A stretch of 64,000 nt of DNA. It comes from Camelus dromedarius. Taxonomy: Eukaryota. The stretch's first letter is position 1. Every line of letters begins with the position of its first letter. Below, in pieces: positions 50,414 to 63,300 of the stretch. The position numbers and the translations under genes were made by a program. The DNA lies in contig NC_087437.1 in the NCBI RefSeq assembly GCF_036321535.1, positions 47,866,001 to 47,930,000 of the forward strand, given 5' to 3'. The notes below the pieces were generated by a model. It was given only the letters and a program-made list of their open reading frames with translations. It did no database searches and was not told the DNA's origin.

Positions 50414-53400
50414 GTCAGTGAGTGTGCACGGCTGCTAGCTAGATGCGCGTGACTCTGTGTCAGGTGTGTGTGCGTGTGCCGTGTGCGTGTGCTGGGAGGC
50501 GGGGAAGGCGGGTCGAGCGAGAGGAGAGGAGAGGAGAGTGAGCTGGAGCAGGGCAGATCGCTTCTCCCTCCTGGAGAGGGCCTTGCGAGGCTCCATTCCA
50601 GGAACGTTGGGCGGTGTCCCCTCCGCCGCCTGTGACTTCGGGGCTGCTTGGGCTTCACTGCTCACCGGCCGGCCTCCTCCAGGCGGGCTGGCTTCTTGCC
50701 ACCTGTGAATCACAGTCTGTTGCCTAGGTTTTCAGACCGCGCCCCCGAGACGTGCCAGGGCTGCTGGAGAGGGGCTGCCTTCCTATCAGAGGAACGCCTA
50801 AAATTTTCTCTCTCCTGCACGTTGGCCTTCCACGTAGAATTTTGTTTGGGAAACATAAAAGGGCCCCACTGAGAACACACGCAGCACAGTTATAAAAATA
50901 ACCGAATATTTACTGATCCCGGGTCTGCAGGAGGACTGTGGGGCTGTGAACCCACTTGTTAGTTTTGTTCCAGGACGAAGACAGCTTTCTAGGTTTTAGA
51001 ATTTAGGTTTAGTGGTGAGTTTTTTTGTTTTTTTTTTCCCCTTCCCTGCCCTCCCCTCCCCTCCTCTCTCTTCTTCTCCTTTCTTTTTTGTAGAGTGACT
51101 TTACGTCTTCTTGAACAACGTGAAGCTGGGGGTGGTGGTAGGAAACCAGTTTCTGTTACACTTTGATTTTCAAATCCTGTGGGGACCCAGACTGTTTTCC
51201 TGTTCTTCCCTCATTTCCTGTGTTGTCTCCACCGCTGCATCCTTCTTTCCTGTGTTCCCTTCCCTATTTCTCCCTCTCTCCCTCTCTGTTGCTGCCTGAC
51301 TTCTGAGCCTGGCCGCAGGTAGCGCGGTCAGAGGTTGGGGTCGATAGAGTTACACGTGCCAGTTCGTTTTTTCCCTCCTCAAACTCTGCCAGGACCAAAG
51401 CCAGGTCTTGGGGGTCCCGATCCTCCTGGATGTTGTGTGACTCTGTATCTACAGCCACCTCCTCACTCGCCCCTGCGGAGAGGGGACTTTTGTGCTTGGG
51501 GTTCCACTGTCGTTAGGAACCAGGTTTCTACCATTCAACCTCTTTGACCTACTTCATACCTAAACATAAGACCAGAGAAATGAAAATTTTGTATGTTTAG
51601 CTATGGTAGCTCTTCCCTTTAATTATCTGATATAGCATAGCCTTTTGAGTCCTGAGTGCATAGCTTTTAGCAATGTGTGAATTAAATTACCTCTGCTTTC
51701 TCCAATTCCCTGTTTGACTCACATGGCTGTTACAAGGGTGAAATATATGAATGGACAATATGGTCTTACCTTGTCCCATTACCTGATGTTATATACAAAG
51801 CTTCTATCTATATGACACTGAGAGTTCTTACGGTTCTTGTTTAATGTAACTCCTATGTCTGCTGTCAGAAAAGAAGCAGCACGCTGTGAATGAATGTCAT
51901 GAGAAATGATTTTTCTCTCACTCACTTAAGAAGTCTTTATGTGAAAAACTTGAAGTACTTTCAATTATTCTTATATTGAGAACATAATTCTAAGTATGAA
52001 CACTTACAGAAAAGTGAAGTGTCATAGAAATCTGAATCCAGCAATACATATTACAATTTTTAATACAGAGTGTTTTAGAATTTAGAAATGCTTTAAGAAT
52101 TAAAGAGGGAGAGAATTGTTTGGAAGGTGAGGTAGGGAGCTAGAAGGAAAAGCCTGGATTTATCTGACAGTAACTGGTAAGATTTACCTATATGACAGAT
52201 GCTAGTTACTATAATTTCTTTTCATGCTTTCACTACATTTTTGGTGTTTGATAATTCTCTTTTGAAGCTTTCAAATAGCAAAAATTACTGAGCACCAAAT
52301 CACCCCACCAAGTGACTCTTCCATCACCTCTTGAGCTTCTCATCACAAAAAATTTTGGTTTCAGATAGGTACTCTATAAATTCTGCCAGAGAGTTAAACC
52401 AGCTCTTAGTGATGCAAGGGTCACAGAGACATTGCATTTGGGGGCTCATTAGGGATCTTAGAGCCTGGGATTCAGTGCCTATTTGTTGACTCAGAAACTT
52501 GAGCATTGGTGTGCTTGGGAATGGTTAGCAACCAGCTCCCTGGGGGAGGAGCCCTGTGCTCTAGTGTTTGCTGATTTCTGTGGTGGAAATCCTCCCACCG
52601 TGGCCGATTTCAGGCTAACAGCACAGATCACAGTATTGGGAAGCTATGTGCAGTAGGACACCATCACATAGAGGTTCCACTGTTCACATGATATGGACCT
52701 AAATGACCTCAAGAGCATAAAGCTAATAGTAAGATATAGTAACACAACTAGGGAGTAAAGAGTTTTGAATATTTGTTACCTTTTAAGAGTATATTTTGTT
52801 GTGAGTTTTTATAATTTAATTTTTAATAATGACTGTGTTTAACAACTCTCTTGCAGAATTTCTTAAAATTCAACTATCAATTATGTGAGCCAGTTTGAGC
52901 CAATTCCAGAACAGCCCTGAACATGAGATAATTCACAGTATAATTATAGGATAATGGATCCTGACCTTCAGTTGTGATCCATAAAAAGGGCCTCTGAGTG
53001 ATTTTAGATGGTATTCTGAGAACACTAGGTCATTGTTTTATAGTGTCTCAGACGTTTAAGGGAATTTTGTTGAGTATCACCAGGAAGGATGTTCAAAGGA
53101 AAGAGAATATTACATCCAAATAGTGGTCAAAGTCATTGTGCATTGCAAACTAGAACACTTTGAAAAGACCTCATGGGGTGGAGAAGATTCATGGGAGGAC
53201 AGGGAAGGGATCAAGGTCGTTAGTGAAACAAAGTTATAACAGGCCAGACTAAAAAGATTAGGATGTGGAGCCAGCAGTGCTGAGGCAGCATGTCCACCCT
53301 TAAAATCAGAAAGCGGCTAATGGTGAACTCAACCCTGTTTTCTAAGGGCGTTACTGGAAGGGGGTGGAGATGAATTTTGATAATTGAAAGGAAAGGTAAT

Positions 53401-53444
53401 TATGTAACATTTGCTTGTGGGAGATAAATGGGACTATCTTTTAA

Positions 53445-53700
53445 AAGGTTTAGGGAGAAGCAAGATAGAGGATTAACAGGTACAAACTACTAGGTATAAA
53501 ATAAATAGATACAAAGATATAATATACAGCACAGGGAATATAGCCAATATTTTATAATAACTTTAAAAGGAGTATAAGCTATAAAAATATCAGGTCACTA
53601 TATTGTACACCTGAAACTAATAAAACATTGCAAATCAAGTATACTTTGGTTACAAATTTCTACCAAATAAATACCCCCCACCCCAGCTAAAAAAAATTCA
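53445..53700 (+). mobile_element. L1 3'UTR fragment in sense orientation
   Basis: aggtacaaactactaggtataaaataaatag...tacagcacagggaatatagcc...cacctgaaactaa, followed by an A-run. Confidence 0.8.
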
Positions 53701-54239
53701 AATATATTCACGGAGGCCTGATTGCCTGATCTGAAATGAAGTATGAGCTTTTGGAGGGCAGGGACCTTTTTCTTTTCCTGACCGTGCCTAGCCCCGTGCT
53801 GTCAATTGGTGGTGCTTAGTATAACCCTGGAGCATTTTAAGTTGGAGAAGGATAGGATCTAATGTTCACAGCAGATCACTCTGGCTGCTGGGCAGAGAAG
53901 AGGAAGCAAGAGCGGAAGAAAGGGGACTGGAAGGAGGCTGCTGTGTGGCCATCCCGATAAGCTGGGATGGTGGCTGAGATGAGGATGCGTGTGACTGAAA
54001 TCGAGAAGAGGTAGATTCCAAATAGATTTTGGCTGAAGGACTGATAGGAACTGCTCATGGCCTGGGTGGGGGTGGGGGTGGGGGTGGGAGGGCCCCTGAG
54101 GGAGCTTCCTCTGTTGTCTCCTCATTAGCTCTGGGGTCAGTGGTCAGTGCTCCCCAGGGGGAAATATTCTGCGTGAAGTTCAGCTAACTGTGCAGGATGC
54201 CAGTCTTGTAGAATACAGATTTTTGTTTAAAAATTTTTT

Positions 54240-54800
54240 TTTAAAACAAGTCACTGACTTTTATTATATTCAGAATTGGGAATCCATCATGACTGTCTCA
54301 TTTTGGAATATTTTTATTATCCCGACAGCCAATTCCTCTCAACCTCTCATCCCCCCAGTCTCTGGCAATCACTGATCTCCTTTCTGTCTCTATGGATTTG
54401 CCTATTCTGGACATTTCATATAAAAGGAATCATATAATACATGGTTCTTTGTGGCTGACTTTTTTTTTTTTTTTTACTTAGCATATATTTTCAAGATCCA
54501 TCCATGTTGTGGCATGTATCAGTATTTCATTCCTTTTTATTGCTGAATAACATTTCATTGTATGGATATATGACATTTTATTTATCCACTTATCGTTAAT
54601 GGGCATTTGGGTTATTTCTTCTATTTGGCTGTTATGAATGATGCTTCTGTGAATATTTGTATAAGTTTTTGTGTGGACACATTTTCATTTGTCTTGGGTG
54701 TATACCTGGGAGTGGGATTGCCAGGTCATATGGTAATTCTCTTAAACCATTTGAGTACCTGCCAAACTGTTTTCCAAAGTGGCTACACCATTTTACATGC
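54240..54800 (-). mobile_element. Old L1 (L1MB-like) 3' fragment
   Basis: ctatggatttgcctattctggacatttcatataaaaggaatcat...ccaaactgttttccaaagtggctacacc. Confidence 0.8.
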
Positions 54801-55524
54801 TTATCAGACTGTGTTTTTAAAGAGAGCAGAAATAGCTTATAGCATTAAGCAAATAGCGAATGTGGTGAGAGGCATATGTCCAGAATCAGTGGGGTTTGGG
54901 AGAAAGCAGAGAGTCTGCCCTCCCCATGGTAAGTTGGTGCCAAGCTGGACATCACAGATTTGCTCAGGACGTGGACTGATCTGGCACAGAGACACCTAGG
55001 CATGTCCCCATCCAGGGTCACATTTGCACCAGATTAAGAAGGAGCCGTGCTGCTTGCATTCCATTCAAGTGCCCTTGAACACCTGTCATTGTGTGATGAG
55101 TTAAGGATATTGGATATCTGGGTGTATATTTGTTAGGAGGAAAACACGCCACTTGGGGAAATCCTAGGCATTCCTGTTGCTAATTTCACCCTTGTAAATT
55201 GTTCACCTTATGCTTCTCACTTCGCTGGCTAAGAGGTAGGAATTGTTAAATCTGACTCCTGTGCTTGGGTTTACAAAGTGGATTTGGTTCTTTGCTATCT
55301 TGTGTTATTGTTAATATTGCATACTCCAGGCCTGGACAAAACCTAGCTAGACCCAGCGAGAAAGTGCTGGTGTCAGGAAAGTAGCATCTTGCTCTCATGG
55401 TAACTGAGCTGTTTGAATTTTCTTGAATTAAGCTGTATTTATTAATAAACTTTTAAATTCACCTTATAGAAGTTGCTGTTCTCTCAGACTGTTTTAATGT
55501 ATTACATCTGGGTTTGTCTTACAG

Positions 55525-55667
55525 GTAACAATTGCTTGTGATGCAGTTCTCAGCTCAAAGTCTCCTTATAGAAAGCAGGACCCAGACACATGGGAAAATG
55601 AATTGCCAGTATCCAAATATGCCAATAACCTCACGCAGTTGGACAACGGAGTCAGGATTCCTCCAAG
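55525..55667 (+). CDS. USP13: USP13 coding exon 5 (aa 160-206 plus 2 nt)
   Basis: Acceptor ttgtcttacag; [47 protein letters not shown]+AG; donor AAG|GTGAGG. Confidence 0.96.
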
Positions 55668-55824
55668 GTGAGGGTCAGACAGCAAAGTGGAACTCTACCC
55701 CCTAAAACTGGCTGAAGGAATATTTATTTTTCTACCTCTTCACTGAATTAGTAGTTACATATTTTCTTATCAGATGCCTTTTCTTAAAAATAAGCTAAAA
55801 AATTCTCTCTAAAATTATCTGTAC

Positions 55825-56290
55825 CTGTGTAATAGATGCTGAACATGGCCAGCCCATACCCTCAAGCCCCTCCCCGCCCTAAGGCCCTCGGCTGCAAGCA
55901 CCTGCAGCTCTTTGCTTGAGGGCTTTCTCTGCCTGCAGAGCCAGGTAGGCCACTGCGTGGGACAGTCAGAAATGCCACGGAGTTAATGCTCCCTCCCGTC
56001 CTCCTGGAACAGCCCTCAACCAGTGACTGCAGAGTGGAGGAGGACTACCCTAGATCCCTACCCTCAGGTAGGGGCCTGCCTCCTGGAGTTCCCCAGAGGG
56101 ACTGAGCCCCAGTTGCCCATGGGGCCATCAGCTTGTTGACAGTCCTTGCGCTGGCTTTCTGTCCTTTCAGTCTCTCTTCCCCCACTGCCCTAGGGTGCGT
56201 CCTGGGATCAGTTCCCAAACAAGCCATTTGCATTCAAATCTTTGTCTCAGGTCTGCTTCTTGGGGAACCCAACTTAGGAAGACTTACAAC
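55825..56290. mobile_element. MaLR (MLT1-like) LTR fossil
   Basis: Ends ttgcattcaaatctttgtctcaggtctgcttcttggggaacccaac. Confidence 0.65.
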
Positions 56291-56811
56291 AGTGTTCCGC
56301 ACATTTTGGCTGGAATGCTCCTTAGACTACTTTGGCACCTCCTGTAATTAGATGCTGGTGTGTTTCCAGAGGCAGGTGCTAGAGGCAAAGGGCAGGTGGA
56401 TGAGGACTGTGTCCAGTGTGGTTAAACCCTGACTGTACTGCATCCCAGTTCTGTGTGGGCCTAGGGAAGGCAGGATACCTCTGGGCCTGTCTCCCTTTGT
56501 TAATGGGGATGGTAATGCTGATGCTGAAGGATGTTTATTAGAATTAAACGATGATAAAACTTCTGTAAAGCACCTGGCACATACCTGACATTTAACTTTC
56601 AGTTGTTTTCCTTCTACCTAATTTAGACTGTCAGTGTCGTAGAGTCTTGATGAAACTAGTTTTACTATTTGTGGCTAATGCTTTAGACTTTAGATGTTTG
56701 TACACGTGGGATCTTTAGTGTTTTAAGCTTATTCAGGATTCACTTTCCCTCATGTAGTAATTTTAAGGAAATGACCTTTCCTCCTGTCCTCAGGTTCTGT
56801 ATCAATTTTTT

Positions 56812-56953
56812 CTTTTTCTTTTTTTTTTTTGTGTATATATATATATATGTATTTGTTGTTGTTGAAGTATAGTCAGTTTACCATGTTGTGTCAGTTTCTG
56901 GTGTACAGCATAATGCTTCAATCTTACGTGAACATAAGTATATTTGTATTCAT
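56812..56953 (-). mobile_element. Very short L1 3' end
   Basis: ttgaagtatagtcagtttac...gtttctggtgtacagca after a T/TA-rich tail; imperfect TSD tgtatcaatttt / tgcatcagtttt. Confidence 0.7.
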
Positions 56954-57183
56954 TGCATCAGTTTTCTAAAGTAAAAGAGCCATCTTGGAGCTGGGAGGAG
57001 CTGGCCCCCACCAGAGGGGCAGACAGGGTACTGAGTGGTCCTGTAGCTCTGGAATGAGTCTCTGTTATTCCACTGACCATCTCCTGGGACCCCTAGCTAG
57101 AGACACTCTGTTTTCTTAGATGTTCATTTTCAAATCACGCCTGATGCCCCGGCTGTGCTGATTGCTCTCTGATGACTTTCCAG

Positions 57184-57368
57184 TGGTTGGAAGTGTGCCA
57201 GGTGTGACCTGCGGGAAAACCTCTGGTTGAATTTGACTGACGGCTCTGTGCTGTGTGGAAAGTGGTTCTTTGACAGCTCCGGGGGCAACGGGCACGCGCT
57301 GGAACATTACAGAGACCTGGGCTACCCTCTAGCTGTGAAGCTGGGAACCATCACTCCTGACGGGGCAG
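57184..57368 (+). CDS. USP13: USP13 coding exon 6 (aa 207-268, ZnF-UBP core)
   Basis: Acceptor actttccag; (S)[61 protein letters not shown]; donor CAG|GTAAGT; putative Zn ligands C211, C214, C231, H244. Confidence 0.97.
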
Positions 57369-58843
57369 GTAAGTGTGCCTTTACTGACTTGGGAGCTTTC
57401 AGAGGCTCCCTCTTAGATTCAGCCAGTGCCTTAATCTCTGGGGTTGGACGGCGTAGGCTTTGGACTCAGCCCAGGTTTAAATCCTGATTCTGCCTCTTGT
57501 TAGCTGTGAAGTCTTGGGCGAGTTCTCAGATCCTTCTAAGCTTCAGATTATCTTGAGGATAATCATGGTGTCTCTCTCACAGGTTTGTTAAGGGGCGTGA
57601 GCACGTAGCCCAGTGCACACGGCAGGGTCTTGATATAAGGTAGCTGTTCTTGTTAGTGTCTTTCTGTATATCTCTTGGCTGAGAGGACAGAAGCAGGAAC
57701 CAAGACTTGTGATATGAATGTGCATGATCAAATCCACCATTAGAATAGTAGGAGGAAGCCCTAGAATTCATTATAAGAATTATTATCATTTTAGGAACAA
57801 ATGGAGAAGGTGGGTTTTAAAGGATACTGTGTGTTCCGCGTCCCTGACATCAGCTGGCGGTGATGGTGTTCCAGTGCAGCAAAGGGTTAGAAGTGGTTCC
57901 TGCTTGTACTGTCAGCTTCACCACTGGTTTCCTTTATGCTCTCACACCATATGCTCTAAAATGTTAGCTTTTGATTATGTTTGTACAGTAAATTCCTTCT
58001 ATCATTTTGTGAGGGAAAAGGGAAATAATATCAGGGTTAATAATGAGAAACTTAAATACTGAGCAGTGGCCTTAAGAACCCATCATCTAAGCATCACTGA
58101 AACCATTTATGAAGCACAGACTTGGACCAACACCTAGGTCAGTCTTCTCCATCTGTCTAGGTTTTAGTCTCTTCTTGTTTACTTTAAGGTAAGATGATTT
58201 TTTAAGGAAAAATATTAAGACATGTGTCTTTTCTCTCCTTCTTTGTTATCTTTCCCTGACTGAATCAGCCTGCCTCAGAGAGAACTGGTAAGGGTGTTTT
58301 CACTAAATATGGTGCACTCCTGGTCAGCCACGCCCTTTTCATTGAACTGATTTCATTTCTCATTTGTTTTATAATTGAGGGCTGGCAGTTAGGTTGTGTC
58401 AAGATTCTTTTGATTCACCTTTTGGGTAATTTTCCTACTTCCAAAGGTTAGTGGACTTATTTTAACTCTTTAGAGAAAAGTAGCTTCAAGAATCTCAGGT
58501 GCTGGTGCCAAACATTTCCCTTCAAGTTAATAAACCTCTACACAAGCCAAGTCGAATTCTGAGCTTTCCAGGATCTGAAGAAGAAATCCAGGACATGCAG
58601 CTGGATCCAGGGTGCAACACAGGGTGCATGTTCTACATTGCTTTTGCCAATGTTTTATGCTTATAGCACGGTGCTTCCAGGTCATTGCTGTGTTGAATGC
58701 CTGCTTTATATGGTAATCGTCATTGTCCTTGTAGGATCTACTGAGAGAAGGGTTTGTAGTGTAGTCATTCTGTGGGGTACAATTGCAAGGAAAGGTTAAT
58801 TTAGATGTTTCTATTTTCGGTGCTGTCTTATGTAGTATTTTTT

Positions 58844-59058
58844 TTCCTCTCATTGAATTTCTTTTTTTTTTTTTTTTTTACTTTCTTATTTTATTTTTTT
58901 AAACACCTTTATTGTGGTATGACTCCTGTACAGTAAACTACACATAGTTCAAATGTACAATTTAATGAATTTTGATAGACGGGGAGTGATGGAAGTGTTA
59001 GTTATCTTGATTGTGGTAGTGGTTTCATTGGTGTATACATCTATCAAAATTCATCAAA
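58844..59058 (-). mobile_element. Short L1 3' fragment with 5' inversion
   Basis: T-rich tail, TTTATT at 58908-58913, antisense L1 end to 58980, then sense L1 3'UTR; 16-bp TSD TTATGTAGTATTTTTT at 58828-58843 and 59059-59074. Confidence 0.8.
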
Positions 59059-60143
59059 TTATGTAGTATTTTTTGATAAGGCTGGTTATTAGATCCGGTT
59101 CTCAGAACCTCCTGTCCAGGACTACAGTTATCTGTATAGGAGGCTTTGTTGTAAAATTTCAGGTGTTTGAAGTCAGGGCTATGTCTTACCCATCTTTGGA
59201 TTCCATACAAAATCTTACACATAGTAGGCATGAATACTTTTGTTAAAGGAACCAACTGGTTTATAAGTATATAAGTAATTAGATTCTGTTTAAATGTATG
59301 CTAATAATAAAGGCAAGGATTAATTCTGCTCCCTATGCATCTTTAATTTTCCAGAAGCCTTTTTTTTTCTAGCGTGAAACTTATTTTCAAATTATGATTT
59401 AGAGTTAATCTAAAGTTTCTTACCTTTCAACTTGAGGAAGGAAAAGTTTTATATTTGCCTTTTGGGTATATGAAAAGTAGATGTTCAGTGTAACATATTT
59501 AGAAAACAGAGAGAAAAGTTTAGAGAAGTAAAAATCACTGGTACTACCACCTGCCCAGACAAATCACTTCTAACAATCAACATATTTCCTCTCAGTCTTT
59601 TTTCCTTTCTAAGACCTTGATCAGTTCTTATACAAATACACACACACATACCCCACATTTTTACAAAAAATTGAATCATGCGGTATAAAGTTTTATTCCT
59701 TATTTACTCAATTTAACACTGAATTATATTTTCCATGTCATTAAATATTCTTAAGTATCCCATGATAATTCCATAAGTCATCTCACTATTCCCCTGTGAG
59801 TTTGTTACAATCTTGCTATTCTGATGAACATCTTTGTACTTATGCAAATCTTTGGGTGTTTGTGTAATGATTCTTTTTTAGGACACATTCCAATAAACAT
59901 TTTGAGAGTTGAAACTTTAAAATTTTTAATTGCTGAGTTTCTCTTTTAAACAGCCGTAGTAATTTACATTCACACCAGAAATGTATGAAAATATCCCTTT
60001 CGACAAATCTTTGACAACTCTGAGTATTCAGAAATTTAAAAAACCTTTGCTAATCTGTTATCTTGTTTTAATTTGCTTTATAGTGAGGCTGAACATTTTT
60101 CATAGTATTCTTGGCCGTTGGTAGTTCTTTTTGTGAATTTCTT

Positions 60144-60321
60144 TTTTTTAAAATATTTTTTTAAAGACTGATTTATTGATTTATTTAGTTTTTTTTTTCT
60201 AGGAAGTGGTAATTAGGTTTATTTACTTCTTTATTTTTAGAGAAGGTACTGAGGATTGAACCCAGGATCTTGTGTATGCTAAGCATATGCTCTACCACTT
60301 GAGCTAAGCTGTCCTCCCCAC
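60144..60321 (-). mobile_element. tRNA-derived SINE (Vic-1-like)
   Basis: gaggattgaacccagg...gctctaccacttgagcta; perfect 17-bp TSD CTTTTTGTGAATTTCTT at 60127-60143 and 60322-60338. Confidence 0.9.
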
Positions 60322-63300
60322 CTTTTTGTGAATTTCTTAGGCTGATTTTTCCAGTAGGTGTATGTGTAGGTGTTTTTCTTACTGGTTTTTAAAACTCCTT
60401 GGCTATTAAGAATATTAACCCATTATCTGCTATAGTTAGGTTTTCTTTCTTTTTTTTTTTTTTGGTAGAAGAGGGAGAACTTTTAAGATTATTCTTATCA
60501 TATAATTGAGAGTATTTGAATAAATACTCATTTTCAATCATAGAAAGCATTGAACATTGGTAAAAACAATGTAGAACATGCACCCTGTGTTGAGGATTCT
60601 TGAATTCATTTAGCCAAAAAGAAAAAGCTCACTTTTTGACAATAGATCAGGATTTGATTCCAGCTTATCATGTGCAGAGTTGGTTTTAACACCAGTGATT
60701 ATTTTTAGTCTAATTATCATTTTATATTAGTTTATGGGATACATCAATTCTATTTTCATTTCTTTGGAATCTGTTTAATAGATTGCTAGTTGTACTTTAT
60801 TGTTTGTTTAAATGCCAAGTGAATTAATGAAAACATGCATAAAATTTCCTTAAATGTCTGATGATGAGACCTGTGGATGTTGAGGCCTCTCTATCTGGGG
60901 GTGGGGTGACCAGCTCCTGACGAAGGTACCACTGCCGAGGGCCCAATTTCCTTACTCGCTATGAACTAGGCTCACTGAGGCTAATTCAACTCACAAGAGA
61001 CAGAATCTCAAAGTCAGGGCATTCATTTTTTAGTTTATAAGGAGAACCACAACTGCTTGTTAAGTGGGATGTTTATGTCAACTTGACCAGTACATTCCTT
61101 CCCTGTGGGAGCCTGATTTATATTTAGAATGTTGCTTAGTGAACATGGAATCCAAGCAGGTTGTGAACTCAGATATTTAATGGTAATGTGATCTGATTAT
61201 CCTGGTTTCTTTCTCCCTAATAAGAATATACCTGTTCAGTGAGAAACTAACTCATCTTGAGGTGTCAACCTAGAATTAGTTCTCCCAAGAAGCCTTGATC
61301 CCACAGGCTACGCCATTGTGCTTGCTGGGTGATAAAAGTGGGCCCCCTATCAGATTCCACTCTGGTTCCCCATGGGTACAGCAGCAAACAAACAAAGCAG
61401 CACATCACCCTACAAACAAACAAAACGCTTTCCTCTGTGGGAGGAGACATTCATTTGGCAACACAAGGATGATGTTCTTGGTGGGAAGCAAATGAAGAGA
61501 GTTGGAGGCAGAAGAGGGTGTTTTTTTTCTTCCATCATGGAAATTTGTTTGCCTGAGAAGAAGCCTTGGTGATTGCAGGAGAGTCTTCCAGAGATGCTCA
61601 TGGCAGCTGTGAAGTCGACTATCCCAGTGGCCCCTGCACCAACTTAGCAGCATCTCAAGGTGGTTTTTCTTCTCTGGTCTTCTCCACCCTCAACTTGGCA
61701 TCAGCCCAAAGATTTGGAGTCAAGGCCCTGCCTACTTCATTTTAGTTCTGACCTGGCTTGTGCCCCTCTTGTGTGCCTCCGTAGCACCTTGTGCTGCTCC
61801 ATCGTGACACTTTTCACGAGATCCTGTAGCTGTGCTTACTGGGGGTCACCTCGGACAGCAGGGCCTGAGCACCATGTTTGTTGTACACTGTTACAGCTCT
61901 AGCATCTAGCACAGCCCCTCAAACGTAGTAGGTGCTCAGTAAATATTTGTAGAGTAAACAGATGGAGGAAGACAGACATACCAATAAAGTTTGCTTCTCT
62001 GATTCACCTTTTTTCTTTTTCTTTTTTAAAAATTTTATTGACATCTTTTTACTCTTACTTGTTTTCCTTTCCTGGCCACAGTCTAGGTTGTGTCAGGCCT
62101 GGGAGTTATACTGTCTAAGGTGATTGTACATACCTCTAAGTTCATTCATTTTGTGTTTGGTCTTTTAGATTAATTGCTGGAGTAGTCTCTTGTTTCTCTT
62201 TTTCCTGTCTGTGGCTGATGCTCTGTGGGCACACACAAAAAACTCGAGGAGAGATGCAGTTTAGGTAGATCACACTTACTCTGGAGAGAACCTTTCCTCA
62301 TCCTTTCCTCTCTGGTTTATGACTTGGTGTTTAACCAAGAGTTCTGGTTTTCTCTCCATTTGAGCTGTGAGAACAGAGCAGTGAGGCTGGCTTCTCTGGT
62401 TTTGTTATTTTTTCTAAACACAGGAGCTTGTTGAGGTACATCTTTACCTCTCTCCTTCTGCTTTCCTGTGTGGGGATCTGAGGGAAGGGTCTGAACTCCT
62501 GCCATTTTCTAGGGGTTAGGAAGAAAGCCTGAAGTCAAATAAGTAAACCATAGCTAGCCAAAGAAGACGTCTGTTGAGGTCATTTATACCAAACCAGCAT
62601 TCGTATAAGATTATTTGAAATAAGGAAGTTTAAACTTACGAGGAAAGGGATCCTGCTTATCTTACTTAATATTATATCCTCAGTATTTGTATATATTTGG
62701 TATTCAATAAATATTTGCTGAATACAGTGAATGAATGGGTGAATGAATGAGTGAGTGAGTGAGTCCCTGTGTATGAACAAGGATGACCAGTCATATACTA
62801 GCCGTACCTAATAGCATGCCATCATATAGAAACATTTTAATCTTTGGCAATTAATTATAAAACTTTTTTTCAATCAAAACATAATAAATTTGGAAAAAAA
62901 TAGAAAAGCAAAAAAAAAAAACCTTCCCAGAGATAAGAAATTATTACCATTTTTGTATAATTTCTGACAGATTCTCAGCTGTTGTCTGAGTCTTAGTCTC
63001 TATCTTTGTGCTGTAATTTTTTCTGTAGTTAATTTTGGAACTTAATACACACACTATTTTCTAACATGCTTATGACATCAGTGGGTTATTCATGCTCTAA
63101 ACCTTTTCTTTTACCTTTTCCCTTCTGTGGATCTCTCTGTGCCCTCCATGGCTTAACTTGTCATTTAACTTGAAATGAAGCAATGACTAGTTTCCTTCTA
63201 AAGTGAATGTGGTTACTCATGAAACGCTGCTGGGCTATTCCTAGCAGGATCTTTCTGTGAACTTCCTAACTGTGTTCCTTGGCTCCAAATTTTTAAGTTC

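Larger units (their letters stand above)
4780..57368 (+). other. USP13: USP13 gene, 5' part (coding exons 1-6; continues beyond the window)
   Basis: Six exons of 168+126+61+122+143+185 = 805 nt join in frame at GT-AG boundaries. The translation [13 protein letters not shown]...[20 protein letters not shown]...[19 protein letters not shown]...[10 protein letters not shown] is recognisable as USP13 rather than its paralogue USP5. Confidence 0.97.
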
